Of a stretch of DNA of 64,000 nt, positions 60,366-64,000 are shown in pieces. Position 1 is the first letter of the stretch, and each line of letters begins with the position of its first letter. A program made the position numbers and the translations under genes. Under the pieces are notes generated by a model. It had not been told where the DNA came from. It saw only the letters and a list, made by a program, of their open reading frames with translations, and did no database searches. Source of the stretch: Felis catus (Eukaryota); NCBI RefSeq assembly GCF_018350175.1, contig NC_058368.1:175152001-175216000 (forward strand), in the 5' to 3' direction.

Positions 60366-60654
60366 GTTCTCCTGTGAGCAAGGAAGATGTTTTTCCAACC
60401 TTCTACGCCCTGGCTGGTCCTTCCTGTAGGAAGGGCCTCCATGCCAACCACTGTGAGCCTGAACTCAGAGAAGAGAGCCCTGCAGTTGGCTGTGCCCGTG
60501 GTCCCACCTCGGGGCGTGTGAGGTGTTGTGAGCCCGTCACCCAGAGCCTGGTGCCGGGGGGGGGCCAGACTCAGGAGGCTCCTCAAAGAGCAAGGCCATG
60601 TACACTGAATTAAAATCACCACCTTGCCACGCCAATGCCCCATGCTGCTCTGCT

Positions 60655-60660
60655 CTTTTC

Positions 60661-60691
<31 letters not shown>

Positions 60692-60733
60692 CTTTTCTTT
60701 TCTTTTCTTTTCTTTTCTTTTCTTTTCTTTTTC
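60655..60733 (+). repeat. (TTTTC)n microsatellite
   Basis: Seen directly. Confidence 0.97.
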
Positions 60734-60809
60734 GTTTTTTGAGAAAAATAAATGTTTTTATTATACCATCACTTACTCCTTCGCTAATACACTTCCTTTG
60801 TTAAAGAAT

Positions 60810-60991
60810 TATGAGTTAGCATACAGGGTAGTATTCATTTCAGGAGTAGAGTTTAGTGATTCGTCCTTTACATGTAACACCCAGGGCGCAGCCCAACAAG
60901 CGCCCTCCGTAAGGCCCATCCCCCGTCTACCCATCCCCCACCCACCTCCCTCCATCAGCCCTCAGGATTCTCTGTATCTAAGAGTCTCTTA
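60810..60991 (-). mobile_element. Carnivore L1 3' end
   Basis: Reverse-complement similarity to 85-300 (aagagtctctt, tttagtgattc, taacacccag). Confidence 0.8.
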
Positions 60992-61006
60992 CATCCTACT
61001 CCTTTC

Positions 61007-61189
61007 TTTTTTTTTTTAATTTTTAACGTTTTTTATTTCTTTTGAGAGAGAGAGCGTGCGTGAGGGAGGGACAGAGAGAGAGAGGGAGAATGAACTGCAT
61101 GGTCATCGCAGAGCCCGACGCAGGGCTGGACCTCACGAACCCTGGGATCGTGACCCGAGCCAAAATCAAGAGTCAACGCAGGTGTCCCC
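61007..61189 (-). mobile_element. CAN-SINE (older, head partly deleted)
   Basis: Degenerate TSD catcctactcctttc (60992-61006) / catcctgctgctttc (61190-61204). Confidence 0.85.
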
Positions 61190-61379
61190 CATCCTGCTGC
61201 TTTCGAAAGCAGCATTCACAAGCCTCTGACTGCCAGACTGAGATCCGGCTTGCAGCCCCTGATCCCCCAAGCCCCAAAGAAATGTGGTGAACTCAGGGTC
61301 TCCCCAAATTTAACTCTTACACTACAGCCAGTATCTTCTATCATTTGCGTGTACTTCTTCAAGTCGACTCGTTTTTCTT

Positions 61380-61600
61380 TTTTTTTTTTTAATTTTTTTA
61401 ATGTTTTATTTATTTTTGAGACAGGGAGAGACAGAGCATGAACAGGGGAGGGTCAGAGAGAGGGAGACACAGAATCTGAAACAGGCTCCAGGCTCTGAGC
61501 TGTCAGCACAGAGCCCGACGCGGGGCTCAAACTCACGGGCCGCGAGATCATGACCTGAGCCGAAGTCGGCCGCTTCACCGACCGAGCCACCCAGGTGCCC
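61380..61600 (-). mobile_element. Felid CAN-SINE
   Basis: TSD cgactcgtttttctt at 61365-61379 and 61601-61615. Confidence 0.96.
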
Positions 61601-62399
61601 CGACTCGTTTTTCTTATACTTCTGCAAATCCAGCTCCATCTCGGGAACACTATATGTAAAACAATGGCTTTGATGAGCTAATTATTATTTTCTTCTTATA
61701 CATGGCAAGACAAAAAAAAATGCCTCTCTTAGAAATTTACAAACTCATCCGGGTTTTGATGGCAAATCTTCCTGCCTGCACTCACAATGGTCAGGCAGCC
61801 CCTTCGGGTTGGTTGAGGTAAAGGGCAGCATGATCTCACTACCGCTACTCCTCCCGGGAGGTTTCCCCCAACTTTGGTTCCCCTGCCATGGACACTTGCA
61901 GAGGGGACGGGGAAGGGAGGAGCGAGGAGAAACTGGGAACACTCCCCAGGCATCCTTATCAGCTCTTGATTTTTTTAAAATGGATTTTACAGTGTGTTGG
62001 AGTAATTCATTCATGCCTTCTGCCTGGAAAATGGTTCCCAGTCCTTTCATTGAAATTCAGTGTGTGAACTAAACATGTGGCTTCAGCAGCTCCCCGTTTT
62101 CTGTGGGACTGAGACCAAACCGTGGGCAGGGCATTCGAGGCTCTTCACAGCCCTCACTTTCCAGCACCCTCTCTTCCAGCTGTGCCCCCCTTGAGTCTCT
62201 GTGTTCCAGTGCTGTCCAGCCACTGATGGTCACCCTTCTGTGATGTCTGTGCTGCAGTCACTGTTGGGAAAAATCCCTTAGACTTCGTTGGCTAAGCACA
62301 CTTCTTTTCAATCTCCAAAACCCTACTCAGCACCACTTTCTTTGTGGAGGTCCCCTCCCCTGATTCATCCTGTGAGCTCAGTCCCTCCCCCAGAAGAGT

Positions 62400-63020
62400 T
62401 GCTTACTCCTTCTCCTCTACCAAATGTCCCAAATCCTTCTGCTTCTTGGCATCTTCTTTGCCAGCACTGTGGGCTGAGCCCACAATACCTGCCACCCCGC
62501 TGATGACGAGAGCCCCCAAACACTCCCTACACCCCCTTCACACCTCCCACCTCCTCTAATCTGATCTCCACGGCAGTGAGAGTGATCATGGAAAAACTCT
62601 GGCCAGAGCATGCTGCTCCCCTGTTTAAAATTCCCCAGCGGCTTCCACTTTACCCAGAATATAATCCAAGCTCTTGGAAAAGCCCCCCGAAACCTGGCAT
62701 GATCTGGTCCCCACCCACCTCTCTGGCCTCCTCCTCCTCTTTCCCCCAGCACACTGGCCTACTCTTCGTGCCCCAGAGTTTGTAGCTGCTGTCCCCTTCT
62801 GGAATGTTCTGTGCCTACCTGCCTTCCACACAAGTTCCCACCCACCCTGTTCCATACACACACATACTGTCTTCACCCGTCCATCACTCGGGACTCACCT
62901 GAACAGTCGTCCCCTGGGGAAGCCCTCAGTGCTGCCCCCCATGACTGGGTGGTCCTGGAGGGCAAGGATTGTATCACAGTGATTTGTATGTCCCCCGGCT
63001 GGGGACAGAATAAGACCTAG
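62400..63020 (+). mobile_element. L2 fragment
   Basis: cagcggcttccactttacccagaatataatccaagctc...tcctggagggcaaggattgt. Confidence 0.65.
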
Positions 63021-63341
63021 ACTATGTGTGGGGACAGACCCACGGGCCTCACGGGAAGATCCAGCTTTCCAATGAAGCGGACCCTCTAGCCTCCCTTGGG
63101 CTTGTCCCAAGCAAACGTGAATACTGCTGGCCTGGTTCTTGAGGGCTGGGCAAGGCCACCACCTGCCTGTACATCAGGGAGTGGATTTACAAAAAAGTGG
63201 CCCACGCGTCCTTTTGAGTTATAGAGACACGTACCTTGAGTACAATGAGCGTAACAGTCAGGACAAGCCAGTCTGGAAGCTTTGCTCTGTCCTGGGTTGG
63301 TGCAGCCTAGGGCAGCGCCCTGACCTTGCTGGCCATTTCCT

Positions 63342-63457
63342 GGGGGGGCGCCTGGAGCCTGCTTCGGATTCTGGGTCTCCCTCTCTCTCTGCCCCTCCCC
63401 CGTTCATGCTCTGTCTCTCTCTGTCTCAAAAAGAAATCAACATTAAAAAAAAAAATC
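63342..63457 (+). mobile_element. CAN-SINE lacking almost the entire tRNA-derived region
   Basis: ggggcgcctgg is joined directly to agcctgcttcggattc. Confidence 0.85.
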
Positions 63458-63458
63458 A

Positions 63459-63670
63459 GGGGCGCCTGGGTGGCGCAGTCGGTTTAAAGCACCCGACTCG
63501 TGATTTCGCCCCAGGTCGTGATCTCACGATTCGTGAGTTCTAGCCCCGCGTCGGGCTCTGGGCTGACAGCACAGAGCCTGCTTGGGATTCTTTCTCTCCC
63601 TCTCTCTCTCTGCCACTCCCCTACTCGCTCTCTTTCTCTGTCAAAAGTAAATCAACTTAAAAAAATAAAA
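63459..63670 (+). mobile_element. CAN-SINE directly following the tail of the previous copy
   Basis: Full head, (CT)n tract and A-tail. Confidence 0.92.
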
Positions 63671-63862
63671 TACATTGAAACATTTTCTTGTAAGAGTCTC
63701 TGCTCCCCTCCCCTCCACTACCCTATGTCTCACGTTCTATTTGATCCTCACCTGTCCCGGATTCCAGGCTCTGCCAGGGGCTCTGATGTCAGCAAGGGGT
63801 GTGAGGGGGTCAGCCAGGCCAGTATAACCTAGTGCATACGCCTGTCCCAGTAGCAGGCCTGC

Positions 63863-64000
63863 TTTTTTTTTTTTAACGTTTATTTATTTTTTTTGAGACA
63901 GAGAGAGACAGAGCATGAACGGGGGAGGGGCAGAGAGAGAGGGAGACACAGAACCGGAAGCAGGCTCCAGGCTCCGAACCATCAGCCCAGAGCCCGACGC
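63863..64000 (-). mobile_element. CAN-SINE 3' part, cut by window edge
   Basis: T-tail, (GA)n tract and body. Confidence 0.93.

Noticed and set aside
1..64000. Prokaryote-style systems (CRISPR arrays, operons, defence islands) or a novel coding system
   Set aside because: Mammalian repeat-rich DNA; the dispersed ~200-bp repeats are CAN-SINEs with TSDs, not regularly spaced arrays, and no ORF resembles a recognisable non-TE protein.

Overview
Eukaryotic, non-coding, repeat-rich DNA from a carnivore, almost certainly a felid. It carries 26 tRNA-derived CAN-SINEs, many of the felid type (GGGGCGCCTGGGTGGCGCAGTCGGTTAAGCGTCCGACTTCAGCCAGGTCACGATCTC...), mostly with clear target-site duplications (TSDs). 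Older eutherian repeats are also present: L1 fragments (Carnivora L1, L1MA/MB/ME), L2, MIR, MaLR/ERVL/ERV1 solo LTRs and DNA transposons (Tigger2a, MER53, MER102, MER33, MER5). I recognise no protein-coding exon and no genuine RNA gene; the long ORFs in the track come from SINEs, decayed L1 ORF2, microsatellites or GC-rich DNA. The window looks intergenic or like a large intron. The most likely functional sequence is a CpG-rich promoter/insulator-like region at about 53.7-56.5 kb, with a near-consensus CTCF site, and several repeat-free, motif-dense candidate enhancers (about 15.0-15.8, 20.75-21.5, 31.5-31.9, 33.0-33.7 and 57.3-57.55 kb). I found no defensible evidence for a new biological system. 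The findings are regulatory candidates and unusual transposon architectures. Repeat subfamily names come from my recall of consensus sequences and need RepeatMasker/Dfam confirmation. Boundaries of old repeats are approximate.
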